A stretch of 25,301 nt of DNA from a virus (Duplodnaviria; Caudoviricetes), in IMG/VR virus record IMGVR_UViG_3300033067_000635, positions 1 through 25,301 of that record; one strand, given 5' to 3'. A program made the position numbers and the translations under genes. The notes under the pieces were generated by a model that worked only from the letters and a program-made list of their open reading frames with translations, was not told the origin of the DNA and searched no databases. Shown piece by piece: positions 18,634 to 24,279 of this stretch; within the stretch, counting starts at the first letter, position 1, and every line of letters starts with the position of its first letter.

Positions 18634-19416
18634 ATGACCTTCGGGATGAAGGCCAGCCAGCTGGGCTATAACGTAAACACCGCTGCGGACTATCAACTAT
18701 TATACAGTTCTGAATGGCCACTACTTAAGATAGAAGCCCAGGGTACTGCAACCATAACAGACTCTGGGGTTGACCAGGTTATCTACACCCATAACCTGGG
18801 GTATTGCCCGATGTTCTGGATATACGACATATCTGGTACAAGCTCTGGACTGGTGGGCAACTTCACTATGCAGTTCAATACCAGCCAGTTTGGTGCTAAT
18901 ACAACTGAGCTAAAATACTTCAATAACTTCGCCACTAGTGGGGTGCACTACATTCGCTACGTTATATTCCGCCTAGACCTCGACACGGCCTTTACGGCAC
19001 AGAACATAAACCTGTCTCCCGGATCACAGACCCTTATAGACAACTATGGTATCAAGGTTGCTGGCCCTGGTAAGAGCATAACCTCTACAGACTATAGGGA
19101 CTACACTGTCCACTCAGATACAAGGTCGCCTATGGTACATAGCGTACTTGCGCAGAACATATCTACCCCGGATAGCACCATATTCCCAGGCGGGTACTCT
19201 GCAACTTGGACACACACTCTTGGGTACAAACCAATGTACTTTGTCTATATAAAGTCTACCAGCTATATACCCGGGATAGGGTACTACACCGGAATGCTCG
19301 GTGATGGATCCGGCAACCAGTTCTTAGACTTTGTAGGAACCTCCATTCGGGTAAGTTCGTTCGCCACAGGGGATAGGGCGTCCATTGTAATACTAAAGGA
19401 TCAACTACTACTATGA
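18634..19416 (+). CDS. Tail-tip protein with two tandem copies of a ~130-aa domain
   Basis: FGMKASQLGYNV...HNLGYCPMF is repeated as YGIKVAGPGKSI...HTLGYKPMY. Confidence 0.7.
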   Translation: MTFGMKASQLGYNVNTAADYQLLYSSEWPLLKIEAQGTATITDSGVDQVIYTHNLGYCPMFWIYDISGTSSGLVGNFTMQFNTSQFGANTTELKYFNNFATSGVHYIRYVIFRLDLDTAFTAQNINLSPGSQTLIDNYGIKVAGPGKSITSTDYRDYTVHSDTRSPMVHSVLAQNISTPDSTIFPGGYSATWTHTLGYKPMYFVYIKSTSYIPGIGYYTGMLGDGSGNQFLDFVGTSIRVSSFATGDRASIVILKDQLLL

Positions 19417-19862
19417 GTGGAATAAAGATATCCCTACCAGGCTACGATGTAAAAACAGCTACTCCAGAGCAGCTCGCACTAAGCTCAGACTACATAAGCC
19501 CAAAACTTAGGTTACAACAAACCCCTGCCCACGCGAATACGTTTAGCTATATAGTGCCAACAACCGTCACACCTGGCAGTACCACCAACATACTAGCCGT
19601 AAACCATGGATACTCCTACACGCCTGCAAGCCTGTGTCACTGGACTGGGTACATAGATAACGGACCGGGCATCGTGTCGTTTAATATATGCCCGATGATC
19701 TTAATCCAGGCACCACAAGTAGATATACGTGCCTATTGTACGCCAACACAATTCCGTCTTGATCTAGTTGTAGACGCATTCCACCCCGGTACTATAGCTG
19801 CACCAATAGGCGGTCAGACTGCTAGTTTCCGCTACTACATACTTGCTGAGTCAGGCACCTAG
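19413..19862 (+). CDS. Tail-tip protein with one copy of the same domain
   Basis: SGIKISLPGYDV...LALSSDY...HGYSYTP...FRYYIL aligns with each half of the preceding protein. Confidence 0.7.
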   Translation: MSGIKISLPGYDVKTATPEQLALSSDYISPKLRLQQTPAHANTFSYIVPTTVTPGSTTNILAVNHGYSYTPASLCHWTGYIDNGPGIVSFNICPMILIQAPQVDIRAYCTPTQFRLDLVVDAFHPGTIAAPIGGQTASFRYYILAESGT

Positions 19863-19863
19863 A

Positions 19864-19899
19864 CCAACATCTAAACTCTAGTCTGACAATACTTAGGGT
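19864..19899 (+). promoter_or_regulatory. Putative phage late promoter, copy 5 (CCAACA-18-AATACT-tagggt-ATG), leaderless, lysis module
   Basis: Motif match; ATG 19900 lies 6 nt after the hexamer; no canonical SD. Confidence 0.7.
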
Positions 19900-20202
19900 A
19901 TGAATATACAAGCAGTATTAGGGTATGGAGCTGTGCTCATTGGTATGGGCAGTATGGTCGTGTCCGGAGTTATGTGGAACGTAATTAAGGCATATAAGGA
20001 GCGGATAGACCAACTGGAGTCAGAGACTAAACGTTGTGCAGCCGACCACCAAGTCTCTCAAGGTCAGATAAAAGAACTCAAGGAACAAGTTAAAGAGTTT
20101 AAAGACCTGCCCCTGAAGGATATCCAGGAAACACAAAAAGGGATTCTAGAAACACAAAAACAAATAGTCGAACTACTAACTAGAATCGGGGACAACCAAT
20201 GA
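19900..20202 (+). CDS. Membrane protein with N-terminal TM helix and coiled coil (holin/antiholin-like)
   Basis: Hydrophobic residues 3-30 then heptad repeats; ATGA overlap with the endolysin. Confidence 0.65.
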   Translation: MNIQAVLGYGAVLIGMGSMVVSGVMWNVIKAYKERIDQLESETKRCAADHQVSQGQIKELKEQVKEFKDLPLKDIQETQKGILETQKQIVELLTRIGDNQ

Positions 20203-20957
20203 CAACCCAAGAGTTCTTCGCTAAGTATGACGGTAGGCGTATAGACTTTGATGGTAACTACGGTGCCCAATGTATGGACCTCGCGGCACAGTACATCCAG
20301 GAGGTTGTCGGGGTATCAGGGTGGAGTATCGGACGTGCAACAGCTTATCAGGTCTGGTCTGAGTTCGACGCCATATCGGCGAACCAGATATACGATAAGA
20401 TACCAAACACGCCAGAGGGAGTCCCCCAGGCTGGGGATATTGTTGTATGGGATACGTCTATAGGAAGTGCTGGGCACATTGCTGTAGCAACAGGACAAGG
20501 GGATACGAACAACTTTACAAGCTTCGACCAAAACTGGCCAGGCGGGAGTGCCAGCCACTACCAGTCTCACAACTATAACGGGGTTGTAGGTTGGTTAAGA
20601 TTAAAGAATAAACAAGGAGGCCAACCAATGGCAGAAACTAAAGAACAAGCAGAAAATAGGCTCCTACATGGACCAGGTGGCATCGACGACCTGACCATCC
20701 AGAACTATAACCTTGGCGTGCAATTAAACAACCTCAGGCAAACGGAAACTCAGCTACGTAAAGACGTAGATACCATAGCTAAGCAAGTGAAAGACTTGCA
20801 AGCCCAGGTAGCTGGTAAAGATAAGCAGATTGCCGACCTGAATACCCTCGTGGCGCAAAAGGACGCGGACATTCAAAACCTAAAGAACGCTGGGAAGATC
20901 CCAGTAGACAACAAGTGGGAGCTGTTTAAAAGCTTAATCAAGGAGTTACTAAAATAA
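20199..20957 (+). CDS. Endolysin, N-terminal CHAP domain plus C-terminal coiled coil
   Basis: DFDGNYGAQCMDL (catalytic Cys), PQAGDIVVW, AGHIAV (catalytic His), FDQNW and GVVGWLR. Confidence 0.92.
   Translation: MTTQEFFAKYDGRRIDFDGNYGAQCMDLAAQYIQEVVGVSGWSIGRATAYQVWSEFDAISANQIYDKIPNTPEGVPQAGDIVVWDTSIGSAGHIAVATGQGDTNNFTSFDQNWPGGSASHYQSHNYNGVVGWLRLKNKQGGQPMAETKEQAENRLLHGPGGIDDLTIQNYNLGVQLNNLRQTETQLRKDVDTIAKQVKDLQAQVAGKDKQIADLNTLVAQKDADIQNLKNAGKIPVDNKWELFKSLIKELLK
20628..20957 (+). CDS. Putative in-frame internal product of the endolysin gene (109-aa coiled coil, from Met144)
   Basis: AAGGAGG (20614-20620) lies 7 nt upstream of an in-frame ATG exactly at the domain boundary. Confidence 0.65.
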   Translation: MAETKEQAENRLLHGPGGIDDLTIQNYNLGVQLNNLRQTETQLRKDVDTIAKQVKDLQAQVAGKDKQIADLNTLVAQKDADIQNLKNAGKIPVDNKWELFKSLIKELLK

Positions 20958-21145
20958 TGTTTTCACCAATAACAAAAGAACAATGGGTGAGCGTAGTACG
21001 CAATAGCGTGTTCGCATTTGCCTCAGTGTTTATTGCTACCCTGCAAGTTTCAGGGGCTTTAGACAAAAAGGCCGTACTAGCTGCTGCAACTGCTGCCGGT
21101 ATGGCTGTTATCAAAATCGTTGAGAAGTCTTTGACGGAGGGCTAG
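20957..21145 (+). CDS. Holin (two TM helices, r1t-like)
   Basis: 62 aa with two hydrophobic helices (W....RN....F...FIA; AVLAAATAAGMAVIK); coupled to the endolysin stop. Confidence 0.75.
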   Translation: MFSPITKEQWVSVVRNSVFAFASVFIATLQVSGALDKKAVLAAATAAGMAVIKIVEKSLTEG

Positions 21146-21147
21146 GC

Positions 21148-21330
21148 ATGGCTACAGAAATCACTTCTACCAAAATGTCTCAGGTGATAGCTCAGCCAAA
21201 AAACGTTTTAAACGTCGAAATGGTACAAACACCCACGGAGGGCATTACCGAAGGTTCTGACGTCGACTTCCTAGCTGAAAGCGTAGCAGCCGATCCAGAC
21301 TCGTTCAATGTCTGCATATCCTGCGACTAG
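21148..21330 (+). CDS. Acidic disordered 60-aa peptide ending in CxxC (DPDSFNVCISCD)
   Basis: SD GGAGG; terminal dithiol motif like the C-terminal tails of ribonucleotide reductase large subunits. Confidence 0.7.
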   Translation: MATEITSTKMSQVIAQPKNVLNVEMVQTPTEGITEGSDVDFLAESVAADPDSFNVCISCD

Positions 21331-21348
21331 CCGAAGGTACAAGAATAT

Positions 21349-21361
21349 AAACCGAACATAA
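21349..21361 (+). repeat. 13-bp motif AAACCGAACATAA, copy 1 (inverted copy at 22005-22017)
   Basis: Exact reverse complement TTATGTTCGGTTT at 22005-22017. Both copies have TAGCCGA shortly upstream. Confidence 0.75.
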
Positions 21362-21392
21362 TGTCAAGGCTCAAGCCTAAAAGGAGGATACT

Positions 21393-21665
21393 ATGATACA
21401 AGTGAATAGGGAACAGCTGGACCGCGAGAGGGATGACTATTTAGAGGACGTTCAAATAGCAGAGCGTAGGGAAGTAGAGGAGCGGAAGTTCAAGCTGAAG
21501 CTAACAAAGGCGGAGCTGGCTGGCAAACATAAGTACAAGACTATTGAGCGATCGTTCGTAGCCTTGGCTAAGTGCATACCGTATTGCCTGTGCGTAATGG
21601 CAATTCTAATCCTATCATTGTTTGGTAGGCCAACCCCGCCAGCACTAGAGGACTTTTTGAAGTAG
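21393..21665 (+). CDS. Hypothetical 90-aa protein, charged helix plus C-terminal TM segment
   Basis: Strong SD AAGGAGG; hydrophobic CIPYCLCVMAILILSLFG. Confidence 0.8.
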   Translation: MIQVNREQLDRERDDYLEDVQIAERREVEERKFKLKLTKAELAGKHKYKTIERSFVALAKCIPYCLCVMAILILSLFGRPTPPALEDFLK

Positions 21666-21673
21666 CCATCTAT

Positions 21674-21719
21674 GAGCCACCGCGAGCCACTCTAGTGGTT
21701 ATCCTCCCCGCGGTGGTTC
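21674..21719 (+). terminator. GC-rich branched stem-loop between convergent genes (terminator or 3' regulatory element)
   Basis: GAGCCACCGCG/CGCGGTGGTTC 11-bp stem, inner AGCCAC-tcta-GTGGTT hairpin and 8-nt bulge ATCCTCCC. G-U pairs favour the + strand; the U-tract is short. Confidence 0.6.
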
Positions 21720-21992
21720 TTAAGTGGACAGCTTCCTTTCGATGTAGCGAAGCATACGTACCTTCCAAGTTCTGTTTTCTTTTTGAACCCTTGTAATGAG
21801 TGGGGGAAGCTCGTGTCTTGGGGTTATAACCTTGGCATGGCAGTGGTGGCATAGGCCGATAAAGTAACCGAACGACTGCGTAGTGGGGTCGTATAAATAC
21901 TTGCCGGGCTTCATTGGACGTCCTGGCTTCCTATACTTTGACTTGACTGGCAGCTGGGTAATCAGTTGCTGTTGGGCATAATCGTCGTGCAT
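21720..21992 (-). CDS. Hypothetical basic 90-aa protein (RKPGRP AT-hook-like, CHHCH)
   Basis: SD AAAGGAG 4 nt before ATG, own promoter upstream, stop abuts the hairpin. Confidence 0.75.
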   Translation of the reverse strand: MHDDYAQQQLITQLPVKSKYRKPGRPMKPGKYLYDPTTQSFGYFIGLCHHCHAKVITPRHELPPLITRVQKENRTWKVRMLRYIERKLST

Positions 21993-22004
21993 GTGACTCC
22001 TTTC

Positions 22005-22017
22005 TTATGTTCGGTTT
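22005..22017 (-). repeat. 13-bp motif AAACCGAACATAA, copy 2
   Basis: Inverted copy of 21349-21361, immediately upstream of the SD of the leftward gene. Confidence 0.75.
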
Positions 22018-22033
22018 TTAATCGGCTACCTTT

Positions 22034-22074
22034 ATGATAGCAGATTAGTATAGCAGATTGCCATAACCAAACAA
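22034..22074 (-). promoter_or_regulatory. Leftward promoter(s): TTGTTT-16-(TGc)TATACT and a second TGcTATCAT, built on a 10-bp direct repeat
   Basis: ATAGCAGATT at 22037-22046 and 22050-22059; each copy gives an extended -10 on the minus strand. Confidence 0.55.
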
Positions 22075-22075
22075 G

Positions 22076-22112
22076 CATGAGCGTTGACAAAGAGCTCATG
22101 GTTAGATAAAAT
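22076..22112 (+). promoter_or_regulatory. Rightward sigma70 promoter TTGACA-17-TAAAAT with overlapping palindrome CATGAGC-N11-GCTCATG (putative operator)
   Basis: -35 at 22084-22089 and -10 at 22107-22112; inverted-repeat arms at 22076-22082 and 22094-22100 straddle the -35. Confidence 0.85.
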
Positions 22113-22318
22113 GGATATTAACGAACTTTGACATTCAAATATGGATAAACCCATATAAGCTAGTCATTGACTGAACGTACTCGTTCAGGTTTAGAAATAA
22201 TTACCGCTTCGCAAAAGGTACAAATGTCGACATAGTAGTTTTCGCTAACCTGTAAAGTACGAAATGCCTTAATTTTGTTTTGGTGTTTTCACTAAACACG
22301 AGTTTTTCAGTCAGGTTC

Positions 22319-22347
22319 ATTATACCACGCACTAGCTTATATGGCTA
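22319..22347 (-). promoter_or_regulatory. Antisense promoter TAGCCA-17-(TGg)TATAAT reading back into the leader
   Basis: Perfect extended -10 TGGTATAAT (22327-22319) and a 4/6 -35 at 17-nt spacing; predicted start near 22312. Confidence 0.65.
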
Positions 22348-22356
22348 GTGTTTTTT
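22330..22356 (+). terminator. Conditional intrinsic terminator upstream of the replication operon
   Basis: CACTAGC-ttatatg-GCTAGTG followed by TTTTTT. Confidence 0.85.
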
Positions 22357-22367
22357 GTTACAAAATA

Positions 22368-22446
22368 CCCGACCGTCTTAGGCTGAGTTTCGGCAAAAGG
22401 CTCGGCGGCTTGGCGGCACTTCGGTGCTTAGCCTATGGCGGTTGGG
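22368..22446 (+). ncRNA. 79-nt GC-rich branched RNA structure directly before the first replication-operon SD
   Basis: CCCGACCGTC/GGCGGTTGGG and TAGGCTGA/TTAGCCTA stems enclose a GCAC-TTCG-GTGC (cUUCGg) hairpin; several G-U pairs. Confidence 0.7.
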
Positions 22447-22459
22447 AAAGGAGGAAAGT

Positions 22460-22588
22460 ATGAACCCAAGTAGGGTAATAATCGCTAAAGACTGGGCGGA
22501 CCTACTAACTAAAATCTATGGCTATGAGCTAAAGAGAATTGTATGGGCCCAGATCAGCAAAGACCAATTAAAAGTAGGAGTTAGATAA
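22460..22588 (+). CDS. 42-aa protein MNPSRVIIAKDWADLLTKIYGYELKRIVWAQISKDQLKVGVR (below ORF-track cutoff)
   Basis: SD AAAGGAGG 5 nt upstream; TAATG overlap with the next gene. Confidence 0.75.
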   Translation: MNPSRVIIAKDWADLLTKIYGYELKRIVWAQISKDQLKVGVR

Positions 22589-23088
22589 TGGACAACGACA
22601 AACCAGCTAGAGAGTATACAGATTTCACGAAGGATGATGTCGTGGTGGGTGAGGGCTCAAGCTTTGACGATTACGTCAAGTTAGAGCCAGGCGAGCCGTA
22701 CAAGGCACATGTAGTCGAGATCAAGAAGGGCTCTAAGATGAAGAACGGTGAGCTTGTTGAAGGATGGATGTATGTTTGGTACGAGCTAGACGAGGGCGAA
22801 GGCAAGGGTCAACGGTATAGGGGTGATTTCAACCCAGTACTGTCTCCTAAGTCAAACCTACAGAAGTTCGTAGACCTAATCTATGGCACACACCAGTCAG
22901 TCTTTGACCCGAATGATGTCATTGGGAAGCCTGTAAGGGTTCTACTGTCTGAGCCTTGGGGTGAAAAAGGGCTGCAGTTTGTAGCGAGCTACCTAAAGCC
23001 AACGGCAGACCAAAAGAAAGTTGAACAGGACGAAGACCTAGATACCGTTAAGGCTGTATTCGGGGACGACGTTAAATCAGTTAGCTAA
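22588..23088 (+). CDS. Putative single-stranded DNA-binding protein (OB-fold, DUF669-like)
   Basis: LEPGEPYKAHVVEI, WYEL..GEGKGQR, SPKSNL.KF and DVIGKPVRV, with an acidic C-tail; lies in the replication operon. Confidence 0.6.
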   Translation: MDNDKPAREYTDFTKDDVVVGEGSSFDDYVKLEPGEPYKAHVVEIKKGSKMKNGELVEGWMYVWYELDEGEGKGQRYRGDFNPVLSPKSNLQKFVDLIYGTHQSVFDPNDVIGKPVRVLLSEPWGEKGLQFVASYLKPTADQKKVEQDEDLDTVKAVFGDDVKSVS

Positions 23089-23101
23089 TAAGGAGGGTGC
23101 G

Positions 23102-23287
23102 GTGGAAAAGATTACAAAGGCCGAGGTGCAACTAGCAGCAATTCGGATTCACTTGGATGGTGTGGCTTTCTACCGCACCGCTTACGAAAAGGGAGAAGAC
23201 AGTAACGCTGTCATAGAGTACCTGACCGTAGTGGAAGATGCCATAAAACAAATAGATGAGATAGTCAATGGCAAGCCCGCAAGTTGA
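23102..23287 (+). CDS. Hypothetical helical protein (61 aa)
   Basis: SD AAGGAGG before a GTG start. Confidence 0.75.
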   Translation: MEKITKAEVQLAAIRIHLDGVAFYRTAYEKGEDSNAVIEYLTVVEDAIKQIDEIVNGKPAS

Positions 23288-24038
23288 AAACGGGGCGGTA
23301 AGTATCGCTACTAGCTTGCACCAAGCGATATTCCAAACAGACTTTACAAGCTTGGAACGCAGGGTGCTTGACATAGTGATATATATGACGTATGGCTATA
23401 GTCGAACAAAGACAGAATTGTCCGTTCATGACATACGCTATTTACTAGGCCCCATAGACAAAAACCGAACAGACAGAATACAGAAAACGTTGGACGGATT
23501 GCTTGCTAAAAGAGTGCTTTTTAACCAAGAGATTGGCGAGGGCAGGTTCTTAATAGGCGTCCAGAAAGACTATGATAAATGGCTTACCGAGGTTCCAAAA
23601 CATGACAAAATGTCAGGTATACAGTTGTATTCTAATAATATAACTAATAGCTACAGTATACATGACAAAATGTCACCTACTGAGACTCTCGTTAAATATA
23701 CTTGCAAGGCTTTGAACTTAAGCTTCCCGGTTAAACTGCTTGGAATTGAGCGTAACCGAGCTAAGATTCTTTACCTGCGAGTACTCAAAGAACTTGGTGA
23801 ACCCATACCTACTCTTTTCTTCTTAAAAGACTGCGTGGATATGATTGCCGAGGATAAATACGTGCTGGAAAACGTTCGGTTCCCGATGGCTTACATGGCT
23901 AACCAGATAGATACCTGGCTGGCTCGTACGCCGAAAAAGACCCGAAGCGTAAAAATAGATGAGGAGCTTACAGGCTACCGATTCAGGTACGACATTAAAA
24001 AAGGAAGGTGGGTGAAGAGTGCAGACAAACTTGTTTGA
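23268..24038 (+). CDS. Replication initiator, lambda O-like N-terminal domain
   Basis: PQVENG..IA..L, FTSLERRVL.....TYGY and IGVQKDYDKW match Phage_rep_O proteins; internal repeats plus an AT-rich tract. Confidence 0.85.
   Translation: MASPQVENGAVSIATSLHQAIFQTDFTSLERRVLDIVIYMTYGYSRTKTELSVHDIRYLLGPIDKNRTDRIQKTLDGLLAKRVLFNQEIGEGRFLIGVQKDYDKWLTEVPKHDKMSGIQLYSNNITNSYSIHDKMSPTETLVKYTCKALNLSFPVKLLGIERNRAKILYLRVLKELGEPIPTLFFLKDCVDMIAEDKYVLENVRFPMAYMANQIDTWLARTPKKTRSVKIDEELTGYRFRYDIKKGRWVKSADKLV
23600..23675. repeat. Putative replication origin: two 16-bp direct repeats ACATGACAAAATGTCA flanking an AT-rich spacer
   Basis: Exact copies at 23600-23615 and 23660-23675, each containing the palindrome TGACA-aaa-TGTCA; located inside the initiator gene. 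Confidence 0.75.
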
Positions 24039-24279
24039 TAAACCAGTGACTAAAGAAACCTTCGCCCCTAACCTTACGGCGGAGTACGAGAAACGCTACC
24101 AGGAGTTGACTAGGGCTCAGCAGTTACGTTACCAACGTGAAGACATCGACAACGAACGGGTACAGATAAAGTTCTGGGGTGAGTTTCGTGACAAGGTTAC
24201 GGACGAGACAACCAAGGAAATGGTCAACGACATCTTATCCCGCCACCTCACAAAGCTGTCGGAGCTGTTGCGATGTTAG
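24019..24279 (+). CDS. Hypothetical helical protein (86 aa) between initiator and helicase
   Basis: Overlaps both neighbours; possible helicase accessory (inference); start uncertain. Confidence 0.7.
   Translation: MQTNLFDKPVTKETFAPNLTAEYEKRYQELTRAQQLRYQREDIDNERVQIKFWGEFRDKVTDETTKEMVNDILSRHLTKLSELLRC

Larger units (their letters stand above)
22119..22356 (+). ncRNA. Structured leader RNA with mutually exclusive terminator/anti-terminator folds (attenuator)
   Basis: CCATATAAGCTAGT (22151-22164) is the exact reverse complement of 22331-22344. Nested stems 22168-75/22306-13, 22179-84/22298-303 and 22189-94/22292-97. Alternative local hairpins at 22139-22156 and 22171-22188. Start position is estimated from the promoter. 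Confidence 0.75.

Noticed and set aside
22201-22320. 39-aa minus-strand ORF MNLTEKLVFSENTKTKLRHFVLYRLAKTTMSTFVPFAKR inside the leader
   Set aside because: Its ATG overlaps the -10 box of the antisense promoter, so it would lie upstream of the transcript start, and it has no SD. Not fully excluded if a promoter further right exists.
22151-22344. Retron msr-msd, tmRNA, T-box or 6S interpretation of the long inverted repeat
   Set aside because: No reverse transcriptase in the window, no tRNA-like ends or Ala-Ala-ending tag, and no T-box consensus. The repeat arm coincides with a terminator, which attenuation explains better.
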